DNA of 63,206 nucleotides, filler included, from Cercozoa sp. M6MM (lineage: Eukaryota > Protista > Endomyxa: Ascetosporea): the NCBI GenBank assembly GCA_040357565.1. It is 12 parts of 12 records of this genome, joined end to end, with 100 filler letters (N's around TTAATTAATTAA, not from the genome) between each part and the next. Parts side by side here need not be neighbours in the genome. Positions count along the whole stretch, not along the records: positions 12,557 to 16,465 come from JBDODJ010001279.1; positions 16,566 to 20,186 come from JBDODJ010001381.1; positions 20,287 to 40,143 come from JBDODJ010000203.1; 9 more parts are not named here. One strand, given 5' to 3'. Under the pieces are notes generated by a model. That model did no database searches, was not told the origin of the DNA, and worked only from the letters and a program-made list of their open reading frames with translations. How positions within the stretch are numbered: position 1 is the stretch's first letter; each line of letters begins with the position of its first letter. A program made the translations under genes and the position numbers. Below are positions 13,049 to 25,277 of the stretch, one piece after another.

Positions 13049-13422
13049 GCTGCACCAACACACAGCAACACAAGAATCGACAACAACACACATGGGTCGG
13101 AAAAAGAACACATGACACCAATTGGTCACAATGACTCAAAAGAGCGTAGACGCACTTTACCTGCCACAACACTGCAGGGGCACTACACTGACTCGGTCAG
13201 AACGGCGATTCAGATGCGTTTCACTTGTCGTTTTTTCTTTTTTGTGGCTACAGGTACAGCGAAATGTCCTGTGCAGACAGCGGCAGCAGAGTACTGTGGC
13301 GTCGTGCAAGCGTAGTGGTAGTTGCTGACAGTACGGATAAGTAGCGGTTTTCAGGTGCTTTGATCTCTGTGAGATCGCTTCCAAGCCAGCTCAGTTTTGG
13401 GAACACTTGTGTCGACAGAGCA

Positions 13423-14818
13423 ATGTCGGCGGCGCAGATCACGGCGCACGACAGTCGTCTCGAGGCCGCAATTGAAAGCATCGAGCGGTAGCACGCGCAG
13501 TGTGTGCGTGTGTTCTCACTGTGCTTTGTGTGTGTGTTGTCACAGCGAACTCCAGCAGCTGCGAACCAGCAGGTAGCACTCTTCTGGGTGTGTGGGGGGG
13601 GGGGGGGTAAAGGTAGGCGTAGAGGCGGTAAAGAGGGTGTGATATTGTTCGAACAGAGAAGCAGCCGGTCTGGCGCGAGTGAAGAAGGATCTCGATGGTG
13701 CCTCCAGGTAGGTCCATGTGGCCTAGTCGATATCGAGGGTATGACGGTTGTACCTGCAGGATGGCACGTCACATGGACCTCGAATGTCGCATGTTGTCAC
13801 CCGACGAAATGCCGCGTTGGAAACGTCACATTGCGGGCAGGTACTGTGCATACTTGGGAGGGGGGATTCGATCTACCTCCCTGTTCCCTATCTGTAGGAA
13901 GGAGGACCTGCGGAAACTCGAGCAGCAGTACGAATTGCTGTCGAGTGGACACGTCGAAATTGAGATGAACCAGGACATTGGTAGGTCAGGCATAAAATAC
14001 AACAAATGGAAACCAGAGTAACAACCGGTGGGACAGAGATGGACGTCGATGAGACGATCGCCTATGGCAAGCGACTGCAAGGCGAGACTGTCGACGCTGC
14101 CGAACGCACGCTCGGCGTCATTGATCGCGCCGAAGACACGGTTTACCCCCCCCCCCCCCACCCTTTACTTTCTACCTCTTTTACCCCTACCTATTAGACC
14201 ACCTGACCCTTTCTACCTGACCCTTTTGACCTTACCCTTTCTACCTTACCTTTTTTACCTTACCCTTTCTACCTGACCCTTTCTACCTTACCCTGTTGAC
14301 CTGACCCTTTCTACCTGACCCTTTCTACCTTACCCTTTTGACCTGACCCTTTTAACCCCTCTTTAACATTCATTTTACATCCATCTTACGCCCGATTCTT
14401 ACATCCATTCCTACACTCATTTACACCCATCTACCCCTTTGTACCCCCCCCCCGGGTACCGGTGGGGGCCCCCGGGCCCCCCCGTACCCCCTGTGCCCTC
14501 ACTTGCTCTCCCTGACAGGGCCGCGCGACGGCGCAAAAGCTGCGCGAGCAGGGCGAGCAGATCGCGCGTATTCACGACGAGCTCTACGAGATCGACGACA
14601 TGCTCGAACGCAGTGTCGCCATTGTCAAGGTACGCCCCAGTCCCGACTGACTGGATTTGTGCATACTGCTGCTTCCGCGCGGACAGAGAATGATGCGTCG
14701 CACGGCCACGGACAAGTACATCTGGTGCCTCACCTTTGTGGTGCTCGCCATCGTCGTGGCCATCATCGTGATACGTGCCACTGGCGGCAACAGCGACTCC
14801 TCCGACGAGCCGCGTTAG
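13423..14818 (+). CDS. NPSN: Qb-SNARE of NPSN type
   Basis: Eight exons; SNARE heptads (GRATAQKLREQGEQIARIHDELYEIDDMLERS) and the NPSN-like RRTATDKYIW followed by a C-terminal TM helix. Confidence 0.8.
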
Positions 14819-15673
14819 CTTGTGTTGCGAGAGTGCCACTCCTGTCCTAGATTGGGTGCCACTCAGTTTCTCTACTGCTTCTTTCAGTCGACGAACCACT
14901 GTAGTTCCGAAATACCTTCCTTGACTGTACTGGTAAATAATAACGGGCTTGTACCGCCTAACTGAACGGATATTGCGTTGGCTGTGTACGGTTCCTATGA
15001 AGTCACTGCGCTCAGGCAGGCAACCTCAAGTCGAACTGAAGTCACAACCGTACTGTTGCCGAAGCTGAAGGCAACTAAAGCAAACGAAACTACACTTTTT
15101 TGTTGTTCCCAGGGCGAGTCCCTGCCGGGGTGCATCGGTGCAAGCACCGAGCAGCAGCGCGGTATTCTCGAGAACGGTGACGCACAGTAGATGCTCGATC
15201 AGCAGTGCTGAGCAACACGACAGCCCACCAATCGACACGATATCAGAGGCCGTTATGTTTGTTCGAGAGTTGTTGAAATCAGTCGGTTGCACCCGATCAT
15301 TTGGCACCACTCGTTTTTAGCTCGGCCTCAAAAGACAAGCCCGAGAATGAGCACTACTTAGCATGCACATCAAAGTTTCGTGCAACGACTAGGGACCGCG
15401 AACGCCGGTTTACTTTATTTTTGCCCAAGTGCGATCTCTGACCGATCGAAACAAAATCGTTTTTTTTGCTAGCCGAAGAAGTGACTGGGCATCAGCCGAC
15501 GTTAAGAAGCTAGAATCTGTTTTCACGCTTTCTTTGGCTGTCCTTTCGTGCAGTTGGGACTCGCAGGCGCTTGTGTGCCGAGGTTCTGTGTGGCTTCGGG
15601 GTCTGAGAAAGAGCGGGCAAATTTGGAGGAAAGCCTCGAGATCTGTTTTTAGTCTTTCCACTCGTTTTGCGGC

Positions 15674-16413
15674 ATGACTGAGGTCGAGCTCGAGTCGGTG
15701 GGTTGCATTCGTCCGAATGCCAGTGCTACACGTTCGCTGGCGCTGCGAAGCTTTCCACTTTTTTCCGTGCTTTTTCGTGTGCCCTTTGACCAGAATGCGT
15801 GGTTTTCCTCTGCACAGGCTGTGGTTCCGGTCGACGTAGAGCAGCTGGAAAAGAAACGAGCAAAGCAGCAGCCCGAGGGCGGTGAGAAGAACCGCAACCC
15901 TCTCGAAGGCGTCAACTCGGAACTCACGCGTCCCGGCGCCGTGTCGCTGCTGCAACTCGTGCGTTTCGCCGACAACTACGATGTGTTTCTGATGGTGCTG
16001 GGCACCATTTCCTCCACGGCTGCTGGGTAGCTTTCTTTGCGGACTGGTGTGCGTGCTTGTGTAATGACTGGTGGCATTACTTCACTTCACCAGTCTGGCG
16101 CTCCCGGGTTTCGCGCTTCTCTTTGGCGATCTCATCGGGTGAGTTTACTTCAAGAATGCGGATGTCTTTCTCTGTGCCTGTGCGTGCGTGTGCGTGCGAA
16201 GCCTATGTGTTGGGCAGTTCCTTTGACGGTTCCACGAATGTCGAGGATGACATCCGTCCGGTCGCTGTGAAACTCACGATTCTTGCTGTCGGCGTTCGTA
16301 ACGTCTCTGTCTATGTTGTATGTGTCTGTGTGTTGCTACCTATGTGCGTGTATCTGTACAGTTGTGGCCACCTTCCTGGGTCTCGCCACGTGGATGCTGA
16401 CTGCTGAAAGACA
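15674..16413 (+). CDS. ABCB (MDR/P-glycoprotein) transporter, N-terminal fragment
   Basis: VSLLQLVRFADNYDVFLMVLGTI...LALPGFALLFGDLI...WMLTAERQ, the typical start of ABCB TMD1; cut by a contig gap. Confidence 0.85.
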
Positions 16414-16628
16414 GGTATATTTGTGTGTTATATTATAGATACATATATATATATATATATATATANNNNNNNNNNNNNNNNNNNNNNNNNNNNNNNNNNN
16501 NNNNNNNNNTTAATTAATTAANNNNNNNNNNNNNNNNNNNNNNNNNNNNNNNNNNNNNNNNNNNNATATATATATATATATATATATAGATACAATATAT
16601 ACATATGGAACACCACAACAGACATACA

Positions 16629-17417
16629 TGGCAGCGACGTTGTTGAGCAGCGCGCGCGCGCCGTTGAAGTGCCAGGCGCGTCGCAGCAGTGCGCACAGCG
16701 CGTGCGCCGCCGTGCGCGCCACGCCGAGGTCACGCCGCGCGTGCTGCGGCCGCAGCGGCAGCGACAGACGCGCCGCGCGTTTCACGAAGCGGTCGAACAC
16801 GGTGAGACTGCGTCCGCGCGGACACACACACACATCAGGTCACAGGTCAGTCCGGCGAGGTCAGTACTAGGTCATGTCGAAGGCACGTGCGCGACGCGCC
16901 TGCACCGACAGTTTCTGCTGCGCCTGTCCGCGGAACTGCTCGCTCAGAGGACGCGTGTCGACCTTGTAGCCCTAGCCACACAGGTCCTTAATCACAGCGC
17001 TGCCCCCTTAATCACACAGGGGTCCCCTTAATCACATAAGTGTTCCCTTAAGCACACAAGTGTCCCCTTAAAAGAGAGTGTGGCTACAGGAATGACATCG
17101 CGCAGCACATCGCACAGCGCCGTCAGAGCCGTCTGCGCGATCACTTCGTCGCTGTCGGCGTTGTTTTGCTCGGCCGCGCGCTCGCTTCGTTCGCTCTCTT
17201 CGCCTTCGCCTTCGCTCTCTTCGCCTTCGCTTTCGCCTTCGCTTTCGCCTCGCTTCGCTTTGCTGTTGCGCTGCGGCGCTCGCGACAGCGCGAATCGGCC
17301 GAGATACGACTCGAGACGAGCACTCTCGATGGCTGTTTACATTCACAGAGACATATCTATATCAAGTCAGGATGTGGAGAGATGTATATTTATATATAAA
17401 GATATACATATATATCA

Positions 17418-17454
<37 letters not shown>

Positions 17455-18541
17455 TATCTATATATAAAAGATAAACATACATATATATATATACATATAT
17501 ACATAAATATATATATATATGTATAAAAGACAGAGATAGAAGCACGAAGCGAAGCTACCGAGATGTCGCGCCGGATCGGCAGTGATCAGATTCGCCGACT
17601 CACGAATCGCTTTGGCCGCTTGCTCGCGTCGCTCGCTTCGCACAAAAGCAAACATCGCACCGCGAGTGAAACAAAGCGAAAGCACGCGAAAGCTTTGCGA
17701 AACCACTTGAAACAGCGCAAAGCAAAGCTTAACTTTCGAAACAAAGCTGAAGCAAAGCTTAACTTTCGAAACAAAGCCGAAGCAAAGCGAAAGCGAAAGT
17801 AAAAGCGAAAGCGAAAGCGAAAGCAAAAGCGAAAGCGAAACAAAGCGAAAGCGAAAGCGAAAGAAAGCGAGAGCGAAAGCGAAACAAAGCGAAACAAAGC
17901 GAAAGCTACGCGAGCGACATGACAGTCCGCCGCGCCGACATGACGCGCTGCGCAATCGCGCTGATTTCGTCGTCGGAACTTTCGCTTTCGCTTTCGCTTT
18001 CGATGTCGCTTTGGCGGTTTTGGGCGGCGCTAGCGACGGTTTCGGCTTCGGCGTCGGGAGTCTCGGCGGCGTGCGTAGTTTCTTCGGGCTGAGTGTGCTC
18101 CAGCACCGTGGCGAAAGCACCGTGCTGACCCAGCTCGGTGTCTTCCTTCGCACACACACACAGAGCAGCTTGCGGTCAAAGCCAGTCACAGGAAAACAAC
18201 AAAACCAAACAACAAAGCCGAAAACTGACAGTTTCGGTGCGTCGCTTGCCTGCTTTCGCCTTCTGCTTCTTGCGCTGCATCTTCTCGGCCTTGCGCACAT
18301 CCTCCGCTCGCGACGAAGCCAGCACACGGCGTTTCTCCACCTGTTGACTCGTAAAAAATAGTGTACTCTCAGACAGGAAGACAGACAACTAGTTTGGCAA
18401 GATCAAAGGCACCTGCGTCCGGTGCTCGCCGGCCTCGAGCTTCTTGTCGCGCACCTTGCGGAACTCCTCGCGGAATTTGGTGCGCTTCACCTTGTTGGCG
18501 CGCTTGTTACGCACCTTGGCGCTCGACTTGCCCTTGGCCAT
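16629..18541 (-). CDS. NOC3: Nucleolar complex protein 3-like, 3'-partial
   Basis: Basic N-terminus, then VLRDVIPGYKV..RPLSE and ALCALLRRAWHFN, matching NOC3 FKDIIPGYRIR and LL..PHFN motifs. Confidence 0.75.
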
Positions 18542-18719
18542 GTTTAGCGCTGAAACAACACACCCAGGCACCACTTCGCTACCTCTGAGACGCCCTCTGG
18601 CACGATCAGTTTTTCGGCTCTGCCGAGCCGGTAGATTCGAGAACGTGTTTCGGATAAGCTGCGTTTTGCAGAGACACAGACTGCTAAACCAGAGTGCAAT
18701 TAGCGCTTGAAGCCATAAA

Positions 18720-20077
18720 ATGGCGCATTTAGAGCAAATCTGGCAGCAAGTTGGTGCCTTTGACGAGCGCACTCGAGGCGTTTCTTTGTCGCGCGCTTTG
18801 GCAGTCGCGTTTCTCCAGACCGTCCGCGTGGACGACTTAATCACACTGCGAGAACACTATGGTATCCGCGCAGACAGCAGAGGAGCCACTGCCGCCGATC
18901 GCGAGCGTGCTCGGGTGAGTGCCGATGTGCTGCAGCGTCTGCGGCGTTTCGTGTCTTGGGATGACCCGTCCGCGCGGAAGTGCCTGGCCAGCGCGGACAC
19001 TTTTCTCGTCGATCTCGCTTTGAGCGTTTTGAAGGAGCACCCGGAACTCCAACTGTCAAAAGCCACGGTGGACACATTGACCGGGATGTGCCGCACCGAG
19101 GAAACGCACAACGTGACGTGTGCCTCGGTTCTCGGACTTGTGCTGCCGCGGTTAGTTTCGCTCTGTTTCGGTTTATTTTTCAGTCGTTTTTGATCAGTTT
19201 GGTTTTGCTTAAACTTTTTTGATCGTTTGCTTTTTTGAGTGTGTGCAGTTGCTCAACTGAGGTGGTCCGGCAGGTGCTGAGTGACGCCACGCTGCTGCAA
19301 GCGTGCCAGACTTCGGTTTTGTCGGATGGCGTGGTGGCTATGCGGCTGCACGACGCGTTTTTGTCAGCAGCCTCGTCGAGCGAGTCCGTGTTCCGTTTTT
19401 GGAAGACGTCGCCGTTTGCGCAGCAGATTTTGAGTCTGTTGAAGCGTACAGACGACGTGCTGCTGTACGTTTTGGCTTTTGTCCGTTTGTGGTTTTTGCG
19501 CTGAGTTGAGCAGTTTTTTTTTGTGGTCGGTTTTTGTGTTTTTTGGTTTTTTGGTTTACTGTGGCTGCGTCTGCGCGACGGAAATTTCGCGTTTTGTCGC
19601 AGCTGGAGCGTGGCGGTGGCGTTGCTGCCAAAGTTCGCGCAGTCGGTGCCGTCTGCCAACCTGCTGGTAGCATTCAGTTCAGTCAGTTCAGTTCAGTCAG
19701 TCCAGTCAGTCCAGTCAGTCAGTCCGGTCAGTCAGTGTATGTGCACAGGTACAGAGCGGCATTCTGCAGCAGTTCCGAGTCGCGCTGACTGATGAGTAGA
19801 CTGACTTCTGACCTGCCTTTGCTTACTCCTACGCGGGCGGGCCGGCCCCCAGGGGGGGGGGGAGGGAAGTGACGCTGTCGGCGGTGCTGAGTGCGTTGTG
19901 CGACTTTTGCGACACGTGGCGACTCACGCTGGAGAAACGCGGCGGTGGCACCGACGGTGAGAGCGACGGTGTGACCCAGGCGATCACGCAGGCGGTGCGT
20001 CCGGTGGCCATGCACTTCGACACGGCGCTCGCGATGCGACTTCGCGCCGCCCTGGACGCGCTCAACGCGGTCGATGT
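18720..20077 (+). CDS. Hypothetical helical-repeat protein, 3'-partial
   Basis: ORF 18720-19193 plus further GT-AG-separated exons; divergent from NOC3. Confidence 0.55.
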
Positions 20078-20739
20078 AGTTTACCCCCCTCTTTACCCCC
20101 CTCTTTACCCCCCTCTTTACCCCCCTCTTTACCCCCCTTCTTACCCCCCTCTTTACCCCCCTTCTTACCCCCCTCTTTACCCCCCTNNNNNNNNNNNNNN
20201 NNNNNNNNNNNNNNNNNNNNNNNNNNNNNNTTAATTAATTAANNNNNNNNNNNNNNNNNNNNNNNNNNNNNNNNNNNNNNNNNNNNATCATCACAAACGA
20301 CGCTCTTCCGATCTGCCGTTTGTGATGATTCCCCCCGAGGAAAAAACAAATACCCAGCAACTGGCACTCGTCACGAGCTGCTTTCGAAACATTGCATGGT
20401 GACGGCGCTGTCACCTTCTGCACCCACACATCGTGTCGTTGCGTGTAGCACAATCAGCAAAACAAACATTTCGTACCGCGCGCGGTTTCTCGACTTTCCG
20501 TTCGAACAGAGGTTTGTAGCCACTCACCAGGTAAGCACTTCGTGCTTTCTTGCTTGCCATGCTAAATACTACTTATTCAAGCATATCAGATTTACTATTG
20601 TGTCGTCAAACAGGGCTTTTAATCTGTCGACAGACTGTCGACTCACCTGAGCCAATACTTTTGGCGGGGTTGGCGGGTTGAAGTGGCGAGGAATTTAGAG
20701 AGGCTCGAGCGTGCCTTACCCTCCAAATAGCTAGCGTTG

Positions 20740-21381
20740 CTTTGCTTGAGGCAGCCGTTTGCAGCGATCTACGGGGATTAGCCGGGGAGTCGTTTGCAAA
20801 ATGAGCCAACGCAGGTATTTATTCTGAAAGCTGTAGCCCGTTGTGTGCATTCCTTCCCTTCTGGCTTGGCAGCGACGAGATCGACCGATTGGCTGCAATC
20901 CTGCAGTCGATGAACCTGGGCAGTTCTGACACCTCCTCCTCGTCTGCCGAGATGCTCGACGAGTCGGCGGAAGATAGCTCAAGACAGCAAGAGCAGAAGA
21001 AGCAAAGCGACCTGATGCGCGTGGCATCGCAGCTCGCGCACATTGGCGACATCGATTCGGCCGAGTTGCTGCAGCTTCCGCCCGAGCAGGTGACGCTGTT
21101 GGCGACACAGGCCATGAGGTCGCTTTCCAGGGGTGCCAACGCGGTACTATGTGCTGTGCTTCAGGTCTCCCATGTTGTGTCAACACAGCATCACTGTCAT
21201 GTGTGTGCGTCAGGATGAGATACCACCGGAGCAACTGCAGGCACTCGTGTACTTCATTCGTACTCCATACTGCTAGTGTGAGTGGTGTGCCAGTTGCATG
21301 ATGTGGTGTGTCTGGATGCAGGTTCATGGTGACGCAACGCGCGCTCGCTGAGAGCTTTCACTTTGGTGAGCACCAGTAAGT
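20740..21381 (+). CDS. 3' exons of a hypothetical protein
   Basis: DEIDRLAAILQSMNLG...LATQAMRSL / DEIPPEQLQAL / ...ESFHFGEHQ*. Confidence 0.4.
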
Positions 21382-21448
21382 AAGCGTGCGGTGGCGGAAA
21401 CTCACAACCCTGCCTTCCGTTCGTTAGTTTACTTCCGCCAATGAAGCA

Positions 21449-21487
21449 GGTTGCTTCCGCGCGGATGCAGTACACTTCATGCTGTAA
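21449..21487 (+). repeat. Dispersed ~40-nt structured motif, copy A
   Basis: GGTTGCTTCCGCGCGGATGCAGTACACTTCATGCTGTAA; near-identical to 44807-44842 and to the reverse complement of 48665-48701. Confidence 0.8.
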
Positions 21488-21567
21488 TATAGCACTTGCA
21501 GTTATGTTTAAAGCTCAAGCTACGTAAACTAACTTGTCCTTCACGTGATGTCAAGCATGACTAGCAC

Positions 21568-23091
21568 CTAGGCGTACTTCTGCATCGGCGTGAAGTCGAT
21601 CTCGGCGTCGTCAGCGACGGCATCGTCGGCCAGTCGTCGGTACACGGCCACCTGGAGAGGAGGGGGGGGGTAACACTACCAAGGGAGATAACCAAAGGGA
21701 GTGTACATAGGTGCGTCCGTCGGGTCGCTTGGCGACGCGCTTAGCCTCGTCCGTGTCGTTTCGCCTGACGGAAAGGGTTAAACCTGGGGGCAGGGGGGTA
21801 AGGGTAAAGAGTTACATGGCATGCACGGCCTTGTCATCAGCGAGTTCTTCTTCCGGAATACGCTCGAACAGCGGGTGCGTCGCAAAGGCATCCACCGTCC
21901 ACCTGACAACAGCAGGGAGGATAAGGATGGGGCGGGGGGGGGGGGTAAACATGTCACAAACGCACTTGTGCAGTTCCTCAACGTCGGTCACGTTGTAAAT
22001 ACGGCCGCCTGTACCGTGACGGTGGGGGGTAAAGAAAGAGTAAGCAGGGCAAAGAGGTACCTGGACGCAGCACGTAGGCATACTGCGACAGCAGTGTCGG
22101 CGAGCTGCAAGACACAGGGGGTATAAGTTGCCCCCCCCCCCCTCTGAGAATAGTGTACATGATGCGACGACGCCAGTTCTTGCGCTTGAAGTGCGGGTCC
22201 GGGAAACAGAAAAACATCTTGTCCAGCTGACCTTCTACAGAGGGTAGAGGGAGTAAAGGGGTAAACAGGGGGGGGGGGGTAAGTGACACCATACGCTCAA
22301 AGTAGTGCACGAGGTATTTCATCACATTGGTGCGGTGCACGCCGACGTTCTTCACGCCTGCACGGTCGATACGCTCCTACGGGGGGGGGGGTAAAGAGTA
22401 GTGGGTAGGTGTAAAGGGAATAGGGGTGAAAGAGTAAAGGGGCGAAGGAGATACCTGTACGAACTCAACAGCCTTGTCGCGAATCTCGAGGCCGAGACCG
22501 AGCTCCTCCGGGAACAACTCGCCTAGCCTCACTGCGCACCGGGAAAAGGTTAAATGCGTAGGGAGTAAAACGGGGAAAGGGTAAAGAAGGCCGCACGCAG
22601 GAAGGCGCCAAAGCCGCAGCCGATGTCGACAAAGCTCACTTTCTTCTGCTGCTCGCGCTGCTCCGGCGTCATGCCGGCTAGTTCCTCCCTGCAGCAAGCA
22701 GTCCCTCACAATTAGGTCACCTTGGGACGGAAAGACGGAACCAACACAACTCACATCGGAGGCACGGCGTGCGGAAAGTACGCGTGCCAGTCGACGTCTT
22801 CCGGCTTGCGCGGGTACGCATAGTCACCATCCGACAGAGGGTTGACTGCTCACCCAACACACCCTTTCACAGTGAACAGTGCTTTCTGCACCACAGATAC
22901 AGCGATACCGTGCGCGAAAACGCGAACGCGCTTGCCACCCACGTGCTTGTGAATCTTCTTGGCGTGGTGCACCGACTGCAAGAACCAGAAGTGATCGTGA
23001 TTGACGCAGGAAGATACACAAAAATCACGCAGCGCACTGCATCAGCGCGCAGCAAATTAGCAGCGCAAGAAACTGGAAACAATCGCACCAT
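21568..23091 (-). CDS. TRM8: tRNA (guanine-N7)-methyltransferase catalytic subunit
   Basis: AHVNPLSD, FVDIGCGFG, LGLEIRDK, GQLDKMFFCFPDPHFKRKNWRRRI, VLRPGGRIYNVTDVEELH. Confidence 0.93.
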
Positions 23092-23220
23092 CTGGAAGTC
23101 CTAGGATCTCCACAAGAAGCCGTCTTTCGGCAAACCCCAAAATCCAGCCCACAAATAAAACTGATCTGCTGTCACTGTATAGTTCTCTAGTACAGTGCTG
23201 GTGTGCGAAACTACCGGCTT

Positions 23221-23806
23221 ATGCTTACTGGATTCAGTCGCATCGCGATCTGCGGTCGGAATCATGTGCGTGCGAGCGCATGCGTGCCAGGTGCCAATGA
23301 AGCACTCACCGTCCGCGCGGACCAAGACGGCATGCGTGCGGTGAGTTTCCTGTCCAAGGCGCTGCCGCTGTTGCCGTTTTGGAAGGTGCGCAGCTTGTTC
23401 GACAACCGTCACGTGCGCGGTACCTGCATCAAAAACATGCTGTCTATTAATGACTGGGCGACTGTTGTGGTCAGTCGTGGATCGAGACGACGACTCCGCG
23501 CGGAGAATCCGTCGCGATCAAGTTTTGCGCCCCGGTCAGCGTTTAGTGGTTATGAACTCTGTTGTTGAGGAAGGACTTCCTGTCCAAGGTACTGCCACAT
23601 CCTCCCCCCGGAGCACTTTTGGTATCTTGTGCTAAAAGCAGATGAGACGGACGAGGACAGTGTGAAACTGTGGCAACAACGCATTCTGCACGAGGATGAT
23701 TTTATGCTGGCACTGCAAAAGCCAAAAGACACGCCGTGTCACTCGCTGCACAGTGTGCTGCCCGATTTGCATGGTACATCCTATATACATATATTATACA
23801 TGTATA

Positions 23807-23843
<37 letters not shown>

Positions 23844-25076
23844 TAATATATGTTATGGTTTCGTTAGCCTTCCAGCCGGTGAAGGAACTCGATTCTGAAA
23901 TGTCGGGCGTTCTCGTGGTGTCGCGTAACCCGCGAATTCACGCGCGACTGCAGGAAGCGTTGGATTACACCTACGAAGCCGTGTGTGCCGCCATGCGACC
24001 CATCGTTGTCGACGACATGCCCTTCGAGGTCGTCGATGATACCAAGGTGCACCCATGATTATGTACCGTACTCTTTCTTTCTTGGATCTGTGTGTGTGTG
24101 TGTACTTTTAGTGGTACGTAATGCAACAAAACGTGTATCGCGAAACCGATTCGAAGGGCAACGACCGAATGCGTCTTGCCACCCGGTACTCTTGTGTTGT
24201 ATACTCGTAAAAGTAGAAAGGTTTTGCATTGTTAGTTACCTTGTAGGTTGGACGTTGAGTTGGGTCGTCCTGTAGTGCGTGCCAAGACCTTGTTTCGCGT
24301 GCTGCGGCAGGTTCGCTTACCGGGCAAGGGTCCCGTACTGCTGCATCTGCAGCTGAAGACACCAACCGAAGCGAGGCATCAAGCACGAGTGCATTGTGCG
24401 CAGGTAGCGTTTGTCACTTCCTTCTTTCTCTTTATGACATGTCTCCAGATCCTCAACGCCCCTGTCCTTGGCGACTCGCGCTACGGTGTTCGTATTTCAC
24501 GGACCTTCAAGGTGGGTTTGAAGCTCTTGAGTTGTCGGCTGTCTATCTGGTGCTTGGTTGAGAACAGAAGTGGTTCGCTAACTACGCAACTCGTGCCACG
24601 GAGGCAGAGGAGGTGATACTCTATCTTGGTTATTGAGAAGGTTTTTGCAAATGTGTTTCTTAGGGTAAAGTTCGCATCGAACCGCGCGCGTATTTGCACG
24701 CAGGTTCCGTTGGCGTGGAGCACCCGGGACTGGAGCGGTCCTTCACCATGAGTGTAACACTATTGCTGTGCACCCACCGTATGTCCACCTCTCTCTGTCT
24801 CTCTAGTCTGAAACGCCAGCGTGCTTCGCGACCACCCTGGAAGACGCACAGGCGCTTCGTGCGGCAAGACGGTCGGGCTCCCGCAGCAGCAGCGACAACA
24901 AAAAGAATCGAGACACAAAGAACCAACGGCAAGACAATGGCAACAGCGACGCGAAGTTGTACGACAACCGACGACGAACCTTAAGGACCGTGGAGAGGAA
25001 AGACAACGCGCACACTGACAGTGTGCCGAAGCCGGACGTAAGCAAGGACGCCGCGTTTTTGCAGTACTTCGGCTGA
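23221..25076 (+). CDS. RluA/RluC-family RNA pseudouridine synthase-like protein, probably organellar
   Basis: ILHEDDFMLALQKP, VKELDSEMSGVLVV, AKTLFRVL, HQARVHCAQILNAPVLGDSRYG, YLHAGSV; Arg/Ser-rich N-terminus. Confidence 0.8.
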
Positions 25077-25277
25077 GTGCCAGTAGTCTTCGCTTTGAAT
25101 TCTCGCTCCACGCTGGCTCGGTTTCGTTTCCGATGAGTTACAGTACACAAGTGACTGTTTTAATTACGGTGAGACAAAACGAAAGAAAGGGTTGAACTGT
25201 GCCAAGAAAGATATTAGTGCGGTGCCAATCAACCGAACGCCTTTAGACAGTTGAGTTGATGCACAGACGAGACAGGT

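Noticed and set aside
14900-15420. Possible small gene or ncRNA between NPSN and the ABCB gene
   Set aside because: No convincing splice model, motif or RNA structure.
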